A DNA stretch of 64,000 nucleotides, taken from positions 3,507 through 67,506 of the forward strand of contig NZ_JBEPWZ010000001.1 in assembly GCF_041642155.1 (NCBI RefSeq). Reading direction: 5' to 3'. The notes under the pieces were generated by a model. That model worked only from the letters and a program-made list of their open reading frames with translations. It ran no database searches and was not told the DNA's origin. Source of the stretch: Fodinibius sp. (GTDB lineage: Bacteria > Bacteroidota > Rhodothermia > Balneolales > Balneolaceae). Of this stretch, positions 18,914 to 27,890 are shown piece after piece. Numbering within the stretch: position 1 is the first letter of the stretch; every line of letters begins with the position of its first letter. A program made the translations under genes and the position numbers.

Positions 18914-20362
18914 TCATGACGAATTCTCCTTGACATGGCGGATGGCTTCCCTGATGATATCCAGCATCAGTTCGACTTCATCGAGGTGGGTACGGAAGTT
19001 AAGCGGTGCAATGCGCACATAAATCGTTCCGTTGATGTGGGTAGAAGAGAGGAAGATTCGTCCGTCGCGGTGGATGTAATCCACGAGCTTTTTATTAAAA
19101 TCGTTGGGATCCCCCGAATCGGGAACATATCGAAAAAATAAGATGGACAACTCTGGTTCCGGTCCCACTTCAATACCTTCTATTTTCTGTATTTCTTTAT
19201 AACAATACCGGGTGAGCAGCAATTTTTCTTCCAGAGCCGCCCGGAACGGTGCTATCCCCAGAAGCTGGAGCGGCAGCCACATCCGCAGGCCGCGAAAATG
19301 TTTGGAAAGTTCCGGGGAAAGATCGGCAGGCGAATATTCTTCCGTCGCTTTAAGCGTATCCTGCAAGTAATTGGCAGACATGTGTTGCGACGCGTAGAGC
19401 TTCTCACCCTCCTTGACCAGTACCGCTCCCAGGCCATACGGAAGAAACAGGCCTTTATGGGGATCAATCGTCACGGAATCCGACCGGCTGATCCCGCGCA
19501 TCACTTCTTTGCCGTGCTCGGTCAGCAGAAAAAAGCCGCCGTAGGCTGCATCCACGTGAAACCAGAGGGCATGCTTCTCGGCAATATCGGCAATATCATC
19601 CAGCGGGTCCACCGCTCCGAGGTCCGTGGTACCGGCCGAAGCAAAAATCATCAGAGGAATGCGTCCCTCCCGCTTATCCGCTTCAATATGATCCTTCAGC
19701 GACTGGGCTTTCATCCGGTAGCGATCGTCCATCTCAACCTCACGAATGGCGGCTTCCCGGAGTCCCGCAAATTTAATTGCTTTGATAACGCAGTGATGCA
19801 CCTGGTGCGTGGTATAGATGACGGCCCTTTCGAAATCCCGGGACCTGATACCGGAATCATCGCGCGCCGCTACCATGCCGATCAGGTTGGCAATGGAACC
19901 ACCGGAGGTGAGGTTTCCGGCCGCGTTCCCGGGATAGCCGATCAGATCGCATATCCACCGGATGCACATATTTTCAATCCGTACCGCCCCGGGCGAGGTA
20001 AAAAACATCCCCGCATACCGGTTGGTAACGGCCGCCAGAAAATCGGCCACAGCAGAGGGATACACGCCGCCGCCGGGTATATAGCCGGCATGTCGCCCCG
20101 AAGCGGGATTAAGTCCCGGCCGGTCCACCTCGGAGTCCAGCAACTCAAGCAGCTGCGGAAATGGCCTGGAGTCTTCGCTAAAGGGCAGCTTGTACACGCC
20201 CCGACCTCTGTTCTCAGCCTCCACATGGGCTGGTTGTTCGGGAAGATCCTCCAGGAAACGCTCACTGTAGGCCTTGGCGCTATCTATAAGTTTCGTCCGA
20301 TCGCCGGCGCCAAGCTCGAGCTTCCGGGCCTGGCGTTCAAGTTTTTTAATCTGTGTTTTCAT
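18914..20362 (-). CDS. pyridoxal-phosphate-dependent decarboxylase (group II, aromatic-amino-acid/tyrosine decarboxylase-like)
   Basis: 482 aa. PLP-lysine motif SVTIDPHKGLFLPYG, TSGGSIANL, HVDAAYGG. Confidence 0.85.
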   Translation of the reverse strand: MKTQIKKLERQARKLELGAGDRTKLIDSAKAYSERFLEDLPEQPAHVEAENRGRGVYKLPFSEDSRPFPQLLELLDSEVDRPGLNPASGRHAGYIPGGGVYPSAVADFLAAVTNRYAGMFFTSPGAVRIENMCIRWICDLIGYPGNAAGNLTSGGSIANLIGMVAARDDSGIRSRDFERAVIYTTHQVHHCVIKAIKFAGLREAAIREVEMDDRYRMKAQSLKDHIEADKREGRIPLMIFASAGTTDLGAVDPLDDIADIAEKHALWFHVDAAYGGFFLLTEHGKEVMRGISRSDSVTIDPHKGLFLPYGLGAVLVKEGEKLYASQHMSANYLQDTLKATEEYSPADLSPELSKHFRGLRMWLPLQLLGIAPFRAALEEKLLLTRYCYKEIQKIEGIEVGPEPELSILFFRYVPDSGDPNDFNKKLVDYIHRDGRIFLSSTHINGTIYVRIAPLNFRTHLDEVELMLDIIREAIRHVKENSS

Positions 20363-20773
20363 ATCATTTAGTAAATACTTAACCTCAAATGACTGCGTTT
20401 TATAAAAAAGCTTTGAAAAATTTGTCGAATGGCTGACTTTGTCATCCGATCAGTGACTAAAACGTCTGACCGCAGCGCGAGCTCTCAGGAGTGTATTGCA
20501 CAGGTTTTTTGTAGAAGAGAAAGAGAAACAGCAACGGTATTTAAACTATAATTGTTATCTCTCTTACATTCAAAGAATGAAAATTATATTAAGCCTGTTT
20601 ATGGCAGTATGAGTACTCATTATTTAGAAATATATAGTATGTACGAATGCGCTTTAGGTAACATCCTGTGACATTAGTCACGTGCGGGCCCGAGCCTGCC
20701 ACTCACTGCCAAATGTAGGGTTATATAACTAAAATTAGTAGTGATATAACAAATAACAAGTTAATGAAATTCG

Positions 20774-21631
20774 ATGATGAACAGTAATGGTTTGCGTACG
20801 GTATTCCTGATGACGCTGGTTGCGGTGTTGGTCATGTTTGTGGGCTACCTGGTGGCCGGTACCTCGGGGATGGTTATAGCATTTGTAGTGGCCACGGCCA
20901 TGAATTTCTTCAGCTACTGGAAGTCCGATAAAATGGTGCTTAAGATGTACGATGCACAGCCCGTAGACCGGCAATCGCATCCGGGGCTATACCGGATGAT
21001 GGAAGAGTTGACTCAAAATGCAGATCTCCCGATGCCTGCGCTGTATATCATACCGCAGCAGCAGCCCAATGCGTTTGCGACGGGACGAAATCCCGAGCAT
21101 TCGGCCGTGGCTTTTACCCAGGGCATCCTGCAAACGCTGAATGAGGATGAACTGCGCGGAGTGGCGGCCCATGAGCTGGCCCATATTAAAAATCGCGACA
21201 TCCTTACCTCGACCGTTGTCGCCACGGTTGTCAGCGCCCTGAGCATGCTGGCCCAGTTCGCTTATTTTATCCCGATGGGTGACCGGGACCGGGGAAATCC
21301 CCTGGTAACCATTATCGTGCTGATCACAGCCCCTCTCGCCGCCATGTTGCTGAAGGCGGCTATCAGCCGTACCCGCGAATATGAGGCTGACCGCGAGGGA
21401 GCCCGGATTTCCGGCAAGCCGCAACAGCTGGCCTCCGCGCTACAGCGCATCCAAAAAGCGGCAAAACAGATACCGATGAATGTTTCCGAATCGGCTATGC
21501 GATCCACCTCCCACATGTTTCCGGTGAATCCCTTCAGCGGCAAGCGCCTGATGAGTCTCTTTTCCACGCACCCCGAGACCGAGGAGCGGGTGGAGCGACT
21601 GATGGAGATGGGCCGGACAGGCACCTTCTGA
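20774..21631 (+). CDS. htpX: zinc metalloprotease HtpX (M48B)
   Basis: 285 aa. Two N-terminal TM helices, HELAHIKNRD zinc motif, C-terminal LFSTHPETEERVERL. Confidence 0.9.
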   Translation: MMNSNGLRTVFLMTLVAVLVMFVGYLVAGTSGMVIAFVVATAMNFFSYWKSDKMVLKMYDAQPVDRQSHPGLYRMMEELTQNADLPMPALYIIPQQQPNAFATGRNPEHSAVAFTQGILQTLNEDELRGVAAHELAHIKNRDILTSTVVATVVSALSMLAQFAYFIPMGDRDRGNPLVTIIVLITAPLAAMLLKAAISRTREYEADREGARISGKPQQLASALQRIQKAAKQIPMNVSESAMRSTSHMFPVNPFSGKRLMSLFSTHPETEERVERLMEMGRTGTF

Positions 21632-21921
21632 AACATACTCCAGTCCCGCGTGGAATGGCAATCAGTGCAAAACAGCTGCGTGTTCGGTCAATTACTTACC
21701 GACTGCTCGTTGCTCTTTCCTACCCGGCTGAAGTGATCGGACGGGAAATCTACGGCCGAATGGGCTGAAAACAGATGGACCACCTCGAATTCCGCCGCCA
21801 GCAATAGGAATCCAATAATACTAAATAGAACTTTTCTATCTCCTTCCCGGTCCTCTTTTGTTAGGGGCACCCCGTTTGTATTCTTGGTTATGAGAGGGAA
21901 GAAATTGAAAGAGACAAGGCC

Positions 21922-22128
21922 TTATTCCTCCTCATACTGTTCGTTATAAGCATTCTTGATGCGCTGATTCATATGCCGCTTGTAATTTTCATATTCGTAT
22001 TTCCGGACGGTAAATTCCGAGCGGTAATTGCCGTCATTGCATACCACCTTCAGCTTGTTGGGATGGTCGGTCTCGTTTATCTCGACACTGATGGAGCCTA
22101 ATTTGTAGGAGTCAATCACAGTATTCAT
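21922..22128 (-). CDS. hypothetical small protein (68 aa)
   Basis: Only the clean ORF with ATG start and plausible composition supports it. No family recognised. Confidence 0.35.
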   Translation of the reverse strand: MNTVIDSYKLGSISVEINETDHPNKLKVVCNDGNYRSEFTVRKYEYENYKRHMNQRIKNAYNEQYEEE

Positions 22129-22204
22129 ATTTTACTTCGGTTTGCAGCAAGATAAGACAAAACAGTTTCTTTGTGAATTTTAACTGGTGCTTTCCCAAAC
22201 AGAA

Positions 22205-22231
22205 CAGGCCCCGTTTCCTGAACGGGGCCTG
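22205..22231 (-). terminator. rho-independent terminator after the collagen-like gene
   Basis: Perfect 11-bp stem CAGGCCCCGTT / AACGGGGCCTG with a 5-nt loop. T-rich flanks on both strands (CTTTT on plus, TTCTGTTT on minus). Confidence 0.6.
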
Positions 22232-22270
22232 CTTTTACTAACTGAAGACTGAGTCTGCTCTTGCCTCTAA

Positions 22271-23242
22271 TCAAAACAGCTTTTGGATCTGCTGGTACGA
22301 CATTTTCTGCAATTGATCTTTTGACAGCTTGTTTTTAGCCGCTACTCCTCCGGGAATAATGACGTACCTGAATTCAATCGAACTGTTGAAACCGGTGCTG
22401 CCACTGTTGTCCATCGTAAAACGGGTTATCAACAGCCTGTTCAGGCGGGGGAGAAAGTCCATGACATTCGCCGCACCGCCGGCATACCCTGTATAGGGAA
22501 GCGGGTATACACTATCAAAGAATCTCATATAGACATTGACCACGCCCTGATCCAGGATTTCCTGCGAAAGCTGAGGAGCATTGATATCACCCACCTTTAA
22601 TTTACTTCCGTCAATGGTTGTGTCACGTACAGCAGAATCGAGGGTAGTCCAGGAAGAGTATATCACATTGGCCGTCCCTTTCAGGCTGATCGGCGTCCCC
22701 CAGCCACTGCCAGATTTGGGTCCATAAAGTTCATAGTCAGCTTTATCGAGATAATAGTCACCGGTCGCACCCAGTGAAGCCCCCGGCGAGCCGGTCCCGG
22801 CATATATTTGGCTGCCGTCCTCACCGTCCTGCCCGTCCTCGCCGTCCTGCCCGTCCTGCCCGTCTTTCCCGTCAGCGCCGTCCTGTCCATCGGCTCCATC
22901 TTGTCCGTTCTCACCGGCCGGTCCTTTCAGACTTATCGGGGTCCCCCATCCGTCATCGCCCTTGGGTCCATAGAGTTCACCGGTGTCCTTATTCAAGTAG
23001 TAATCTCCGTTTTCCCCGACCTCGGCTGAAGGAGTTCCGGCATCTGCATGAATGACACTGCCATCCTCACCGGCCGGTCCCACCGATCCTGCCGGTCCCT
23101 GCGGCCCCTGTGTTCCCTGTACTCCCTCGGGGCCCTGGGGACCTTCGCAGCCGGCCATGGTTCCCAATACCAGCGCCAAAGGTATAACCAGAAGCATGAA
23201 TTTTTGGATGTAATTTTGACTAAGAGATTTCTGTGTTTTCAT
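22271..23242 (-). CDS. collagen-triple-helix-repeat lipoprotein with duplicated GDYYL...GWGTPISLKG modules
   Basis: 323 aa. Lipobox LGTMAGC. There are two G-X-Y tracts (GPQGPEGVQGTQGPQGPAGSVGPAGEDG; GPAGENGQDGADGQDGADGKDGQDGQDGEDGQDGEDG). Each tract is followed by a roughly 45-aa module ending GWGTPISLKG. The C-terminal domain of about 130 aa is unassigned. The DNA shows 9-bp periodicity at about 22812-22920. Confidence 0.75.
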   Translation of the reverse strand: MKTQKSLSQNYIQKFMLLVIPLALVLGTMAGCEGPQGPEGVQGTQGPQGPAGSVGPAGEDGSVIHADAGTPSAEVGENGDYYLNKDTGELYGPKGDDGWGTPISLKGPAGENGQDGADGQDGADGKDGQDGQDGEDGQDGEDGSQIYAGTGSPGASLGATGDYYLDKADYELYGPKSGSGWGTPISLKGTANVIYSSWTTLDSAVRDTTIDGSKLKVGDINAPQLSQEILDQGVVNVYMRFFDSVYPLPYTGYAGGAANVMDFLPRLNRLLITRFTMDNSGSTGFNSSIEFRYVIIPGGVAAKNKLSKDQLQKMSYQQIQKLF

Positions 23243-23640
23243 AATAAGATATTAAGTGCGTTCTTTTGTGTTAGGTATTGATGATTAGTTTACGGGGAGA
23301 TATTACATCCCTGCTTTATTTACATTGTATGTATACGTAACATTATTCGGAAAGAGCTCAAGCCGGTGCGGTGCCCGCACATAACGGAAATCACAAGCCG
23401 ATGGTGGCAGCCCCGGTAATCTTTCGGTTGAGATTCTCCCTGTTTCTCCTAACTTATAGGAGCTTTACCCGTATCTAACTACGCCCGACAGACAGGGTTA
23501 ACCGTAAGTCAGTTACCAGTTACAACCAATAGGCGCCCATGTACCGTAATAGCGAACCATCCAAATGCGATCCGCCGGGCACATTCCGGGAAGTTGTAGC
23601 GCATCCCGGGGGATATAATCGCGTAATCGAGAAGGCCATT

Positions 23641-24318
23641 ATGATGGAGCATCGTTTTGCCTTTGTTTTCTGGATGAAATGGAAACGAGCGCTGCAGCAG
23701 CGCAGCTGGCTCCGCCAGCCCGCGCCCACCCTGGTTACGATTGACTGGCACCGGGATCTGGCTCCGCCGGAGGATCACCATAAGAGGCAGCTTGAGAAGC
23801 TCGACCCCTCGAACCTGTCGGATACCGCAAACTATGTGTGGGCGCAGTTTGCTCACACCAACGATGGACATATCCTCTCTGCAGCCTGGCTGAACCTGAT
23901 CGGGGATATCGTCCTGCTTAAAAATGCAGCGGGTCCCCTGCGTGACACGTTCACGGACCGGGAGGACAACAGCCATCAGATTTTCGAATTCAGAACATAC
24001 AAACGGTTTGAAGAATTTTTGACCGGACGTGACGATCACAATATCTTCCTGGATATCGATCTCGATTATTTCATCCACGGCAAAGGCAATGTCTTTTACC
24101 CGGGCACCTTCAAACCTTACTCGGAGACCGAAATCAAGGCCGTAATCGACCATCAAAGCCCGGTTTTCGACTATCTGTTGCCCCGGACGGACGGGCTCAC
24201 CATCGCTCAGGAACCCTCATACTGCGGGGGAATTGCCAACTCGTGCAGCATTTTAAAGGTGGTGAACAATCAACTCTTTGATGATCACAATAACTGGAAA
24301 CACCTGGAAAACAGCTAA
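23641..24318 (+). CDS. UPF0489-like / arginase-deacetylase-fold-like hypothetical protein
   Basis: Motifs LVTIDWHRDL and IFLDIDLDYF resemble the HxDxHxD ... DIDLDFF pattern of UPF0489 (recollection, not searched). The ORF is open from 23539, but ATG 23641 (MMEHRFAFVFW) is preferred. Confidence 0.45.
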   Translation: MMEHRFAFVFWMKWKRALQQRSWLRQPAPTLVTIDWHRDLAPPEDHHKRQLEKLDPSNLSDTANYVWAQFAHTNDGHILSAAWLNLIGDIVLLKNAAGPLRDTFTDREDNSHQIFEFRTYKRFEEFLTGRDDHNIFLDIDLDYFIHGKGNVFYPGTFKPYSETEIKAVIDHQSPVFDYLLPRTDGLTIAQEPSYCGGIANSCSILKVVNNQLFDDHNNWKHLENS

Positions 24319-24329
24319 CCAATTGATCC

Positions 24330-24821
24330 ATGATCTATATTGTAATGGGCGTTTCGGGCTCCGGCAAAACGGTAGTGGGACAAAAACTGGCGCGGCGGCT
24401 GGGTGTCCCTTTTCATGACGGGGATAACTTTCATCCGCAGGACAATATAAAGAAAATGGAATCGGGCCGGCCGCTTAACGACCGGGACCGTCGTCCCTGG
24501 CTCGAGACGCTGGCCCGGAAAATAGCCGAGTGGCATATCTCGGGCGGAGCCGTCCTGGCGTGTTCGGCGCTCAAAAAAAAATATCGGGATCTTCTTTGCT
24601 CCAGACAGAATGCCCAATTTATTTATTTAAAAGGACCCATCCCGCTAATTGCGGAACGAATGGCGGACCGGACAGGTCATTTTATGCCTGAAAAATTGCT
24701 GGAATCCCAGTTTGAAGCCCTGGAAGAACCTTCCGAAGCCATCACCGTTTCCATTGAACCGCCGCCGGAAGAGATCGTATCGGCTATCCTCGGGCAGCTT
24801 CAACCAAAAGAAGAGGGCTGA
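24330..24821 (+). CDS. gntK: gluconokinase
   Basis: 163 aa. P-loop MGVSGSGKTVVG and FHDGDNFHPQDNIKKMESGRPLNDRDRRPWL, typical of GntK/IdnK. Confidence 0.85.
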   Translation: MIYIVMGVSGSGKTVVGQKLARRLGVPFHDGDNFHPQDNIKKMESGRPLNDRDRRPWLETLARKIAEWHISGGAVLACSALKKKYRDLLCSRQNAQFIYLKGPIPLIAERMADRTGHFMPEKLLESQFEALEEPSEAITVSIEPPPEEIVSAILGQLQPKEEG

Positions 24822-25196
24822 GCGGCATGATTTCTTTTTACCAGAAAACCACTTGGAAGCGCCAAGAACCTGACCTCTTTCTGACAAAACACAAAGTCAT
24901 ATGCCAGCGTACAAGCTGAATATTTCCTGCGGCCTGCCGGACGTTAACATCCTCTTGCAAGCTCATTCAAAGTTTTGCATCTTTGCTGTCGATTCGGTTG
25001 CTAACAGAAAGAGTAACATGTTTAAAATCCTGTTTATTATTAACCTACTCGTTGTGCGGCTGGTTTCCAAATGGGCCTTCCGTGTCCATAAAACCTGTAA
25101 CCATTGGTTTTGCAGGGACACTGACAGGAGTTGCCTCCCGTTAGCATGCCGTCAGGTCAGGTATCCGCACAAAACGTTAATTAACAATACCGATTC

Positions 25197-26630
25197 ATGA
25201 AAAAAGCGGATATCGGCATTTACGGGCTGGGGGTGATGGGACGTAACCTGGCCCTTAATTTTAACGATCACGAGTTCGGGGTGTCGGTCTACAACCGCAA
25301 TCTTCCGGGCGAAGAGGACCTTATAGCTGCTTTTTCATCCGGTGAAGCCGCAGGAACCCCCATCCGGACCTTTAACGAGGTAGAATCATTTGTAGCTTCG
25401 CTGGAAAGGCCGCGCAAAATACTGCTCATGGTGAAAGCCGGTCCCCCGGTAGATGCGGTCATCGATCAGCTCACCCCCCTCCTCGATGAAGAGGATATCC
25501 TGATTGACGGGGGCAATACGCATTACAGCGATACCAACCGGCGCCTCGAAACGCTTTCCCAGCGACATCTCCGCTACATAGGTATGGGGGTATCCGGCGG
25601 GGAAGAAGGCGCGCGCCACGGTCCCTCGCTGATGCCGGGCGGGAATGCAGAAGCCTGGCCGCCCGTGCAACCGCTCCTGGAGTCCATCGCGGCTCCATCA
25701 CCTGAAGGAGGTTCCTGCTGCGCGTGGATGGGCCCCCAAAGCGCGGGGCATTTTGTAAAGATGGTCCATAACGGCATTGAATACGCAATCATGCAGCTTA
25801 TCGCCGAATGTTACCAGCTGATGCGCAACGGGTTGAACATGGAAAACCAGGCCATCGCCCATACCTTTGAGTCCTGGGACAGCGGGTTATTAAACAGCTA
25901 CCTGCTGGAAATTACCACCCGCATTTTTAACACTGAAGATGAAAGCGGCAGCCTTGTTCTCGATCACATCCTCGACAGGGCGGGCCAGAAGGGGACGGGG
26001 CGGTGGACCGCCCTTACGGCCCTGGAACTGGGCGTCCCGCTGCCGCTGATTACGGAATCGGTTTTTGCACGAAGCATCTCCAGTTTCAAAGATTTACGCC
26101 GGCAGGCTTCCGACACTTTACGATTTGAGGCTGGAGGGGAACCAAATGCGATCAGTACTACCTCGCTGCGGGAAGCGCTGCTGGGGGGACAGCTGGTAGC
26201 TTTTGCGGAGGGGTTTTGGCTCTTGAAAACTGCCAATGAGGAGTTTGACTGGGACATACCGTTCAGCGAGGTCGCCCGGACCTGGAGCGGCGGGTGTATC
26301 ATACGATCGGCATTGTTGCAGCCGATCGCCACATCGTTTCGAGAAAATCCGGATTTGCCTCACCTGCTGCTGGCTCCCGCTTTCAGGGAGATACTGAATG
26401 CCGTTCAGGGAGGGTGGCGCTCAACTGCTCGTTTCGGCGTGGAGAGGGGTATACCGGTACCCGCAACCACGGCGGCACTTTCCCATTACGACAATCTGAG
26501 CACAAAGCGGCTGCCGGCGAATCTCATCCAGGCGCAGCGCGATTATTTCGGAGCGCACCGGTATGAACGACTGGACCGGCCGGGGGGGACCTTCTTTCAC
26601 ACCGACTGGACCGGCGGTCATAAGGGCTAA
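25197..26630 (+). CDS. gnd: 6-phosphogluconate dehydrogenase, decarboxylating
   Basis: 477 aa. IGIYGLGVMGRNLALN, GMGVSGGEEGARHGPSLMPGG, HFVKMVHNGIEYAIMQ, C-terminal QRDYFGAH. Confidence 0.95.
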   Translation: MKKADIGIYGLGVMGRNLALNFNDHEFGVSVYNRNLPGEEDLIAAFSSGEAAGTPIRTFNEVESFVASLERPRKILLMVKAGPPVDAVIDQLTPLLDEEDILIDGGNTHYSDTNRRLETLSQRHLRYIGMGVSGGEEGARHGPSLMPGGNAEAWPPVQPLLESIAAPSPEGGSCCAWMGPQSAGHFVKMVHNGIEYAIMQLIAECYQLMRNGLNMENQAIAHTFESWDSGLLNSYLLEITTRIFNTEDESGSLVLDHILDRAGQKGTGRWTALTALELGVPLPLITESVFARSISSFKDLRRQASDTLRFEAGGEPNAISTTSLREALLGGQLVAFAEGFWLLKTANEEFDWDIPFSEVARTWSGGCIIRSALLQPIATSFRENPDLPHLLLAPAFREILNAVQGGWRSTARFGVERGIPVPATTAALSHYDNLSTKRLPANLIQAQRDYFGAHRYERLDRPGGTFFHTDWTGGHKG

Positions 26631-26766
26631 AAAATTTGCCGTGTTATTTGGTAAAACTTAAGGGGGTAGTTATAATTAATGTTATGAACGGCCAGCCGAT
26701 TCGCATTGACGGGGGGGTGGGCATTATAATAGCGGAAAGCAAAAAAGATTGACTATGGGAGTTAGC

Positions 26767-27642
26767 ATGCAGAAGATGGAAGCTTCAATGGAATACCAAC
26801 ACGATGCCACCCTGGGCGAGGGTCCCGTGTGGGACGAGCGGGAGGGGCGGCTGTACTGGGTCGATATCCTCTCGGGCACCCTGTTCGTCTACGACCCTGT
26901 AACCAACCGCAACAAGGCCCATGATCTGGGGGAGCACCTCGGGGCGGTCGGGCTCCGCCGGGAAGGGGGCCTGGTGGTGGCCCTGCAATCGGGCTTTGCC
27001 TTTTACGACCCGGCGGAACGGAAGATCACGCCCATCGCGGATCCCGAAGCGGACCGGCCCGGCAACCGGTTCAACGACGGAAAATGCGACCCGTCGGGCC
27101 GATTTTGGGCGGGAACCATGTCGTATGAGCTGGAAGAGGGAGCGGGAAGCCTCTACTGCCTGAACCGGGGCCTGGAGGTGGCGGTCAGGCTACGCGGGGT
27201 GACCATCTCCAACGGGATGGCCTGGGACGAGGACCGGTTTTTCTTTATTGATACGCCCACCCGGCAGGTTATGGCCTTTGCCTATGATCAGGAGTCGGGA
27301 ACCGTCGCCAGCCCGGAGATCCTGAGAACGGTGGACGAAGGGGAGGGCTACCCGGACGGGATGACCATCGACCGGGAGGGAGCGCTGTGGATAGCCCTCT
27401 ACGACGGATACAAAGTAATCAGGATAGATCCCGTCAGCGGCGAAACCCTGTTTGAAGTCCACCTCCCGGTTCCCCAGGTCACCTCCTGCACCTTTGGCGG
27501 GGCGAGCTTTCGCGAGCTTTATATTACCACCGCCCGTGAGCATATGTCAGAGGAAGAGATCCAGCGGTGGCCGCTGTCGGGCTCGCTCTTTAAAGCGAGC
27601 GTCCCCTTTGGAGGCAGTCCCGCCGCCCGGTTCGGGGGATGA
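26767..27642 (+). CDS. SMP-30/gluconolactonase/LRE family lactonase
   Basis: LGEGPVWDEREGRLYWVDI, NRFNDGKCDPSGRFWAGTM, ISNGMAWD, YPDGMTIDREGALWIA. Alternative starts at 26755, 26776 and 26788. Confidence 0.85.
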   Translation: MQKMEASMEYQHDATLGEGPVWDEREGRLYWVDILSGTLFVYDPVTNRNKAHDLGEHLGAVGLRREGGLVVALQSGFAFYDPAERKITPIADPEADRPGNRFNDGKCDPSGRFWAGTMSYELEEGAGSLYCLNRGLEVAVRLRGVTISNGMAWDEDRFFFIDTPTRQVMAFAYDQESGTVASPEILRTVDEGEGYPDGMTIDREGALWIALYDGYKVIRIDPVSGETLFEVHLPVPQVTSCTFGGASFRELYITTAREHMSEEEIQRWPLSGSLFKASVPFGGSPAARFGG

Positions 27643-27890
27643 TAGGCATATTGTCTAATGTCCCCCGCAGGCTATCACCAGCTGCGCGCAAAAGAGACAA
27701 AACTTACGCAGCGGAACCCATTGTGGTTTTTGGTGACTACGCTGCGTAACTTGAGCACTAATCCTTCAGGATTGGGTATGCCTGACGTTGAGTAAAGATG
27801 GGTCCCTCAAAGAGACGAGATGGTGTCTCCTGATGTATTGCATGAGGTTTACACTACACACATACACATAATAGTAAAACAGAAGATGCT

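Noticed and set aside
19298-20371. 357-aa plus-strand ORF covering almost the whole PLP-decarboxylase gene. Similar long antisense ORFs are at 9163-10404, 27849-28781, 27956-28732, 28893-29606, 33877-34524, 35075-35734 and 53390-54208.
   Set aside because: The opposite strand carries unmistakable family motifs in each case (DPHK, RND, IlvD, OmpR, MGMT and so on). The antisense translations are Arg/Pro/Gly/His-rich with no motifs. They are shadow ORFs favoured by high GC and codon bias.
20405-20425. GCTTTGAAAAATTTG box about 50 nt upstream of the decarboxylase start, similar to the cassette proximal box.
   Set aside because: There is no distal core about 126 bp away. A single 9-10-nt AT-rich match is expected by chance, and it may simply reflect a common promoter-region word.
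20640-20700. Palindromes GTGACATTAGTCAC and TGACTTTGTCA upstream of htpX, as possible heat-shock (CIRCE-like) operators.
   Set aside because: They do not match the CIRCE consensus TTAGCACTC-N9-GAGTGCTAA or any operator I can name. They are short enough to occur by chance.
22795-23160. Short periodic repeats (9-bp units) that at first glance resemble a repeat array.
   Set aside because: They are in frame and encode G-X-Y collagen triplets. There is no spacer/repeat organisation, so this is not a CRISPR array or a non-coding satellite.
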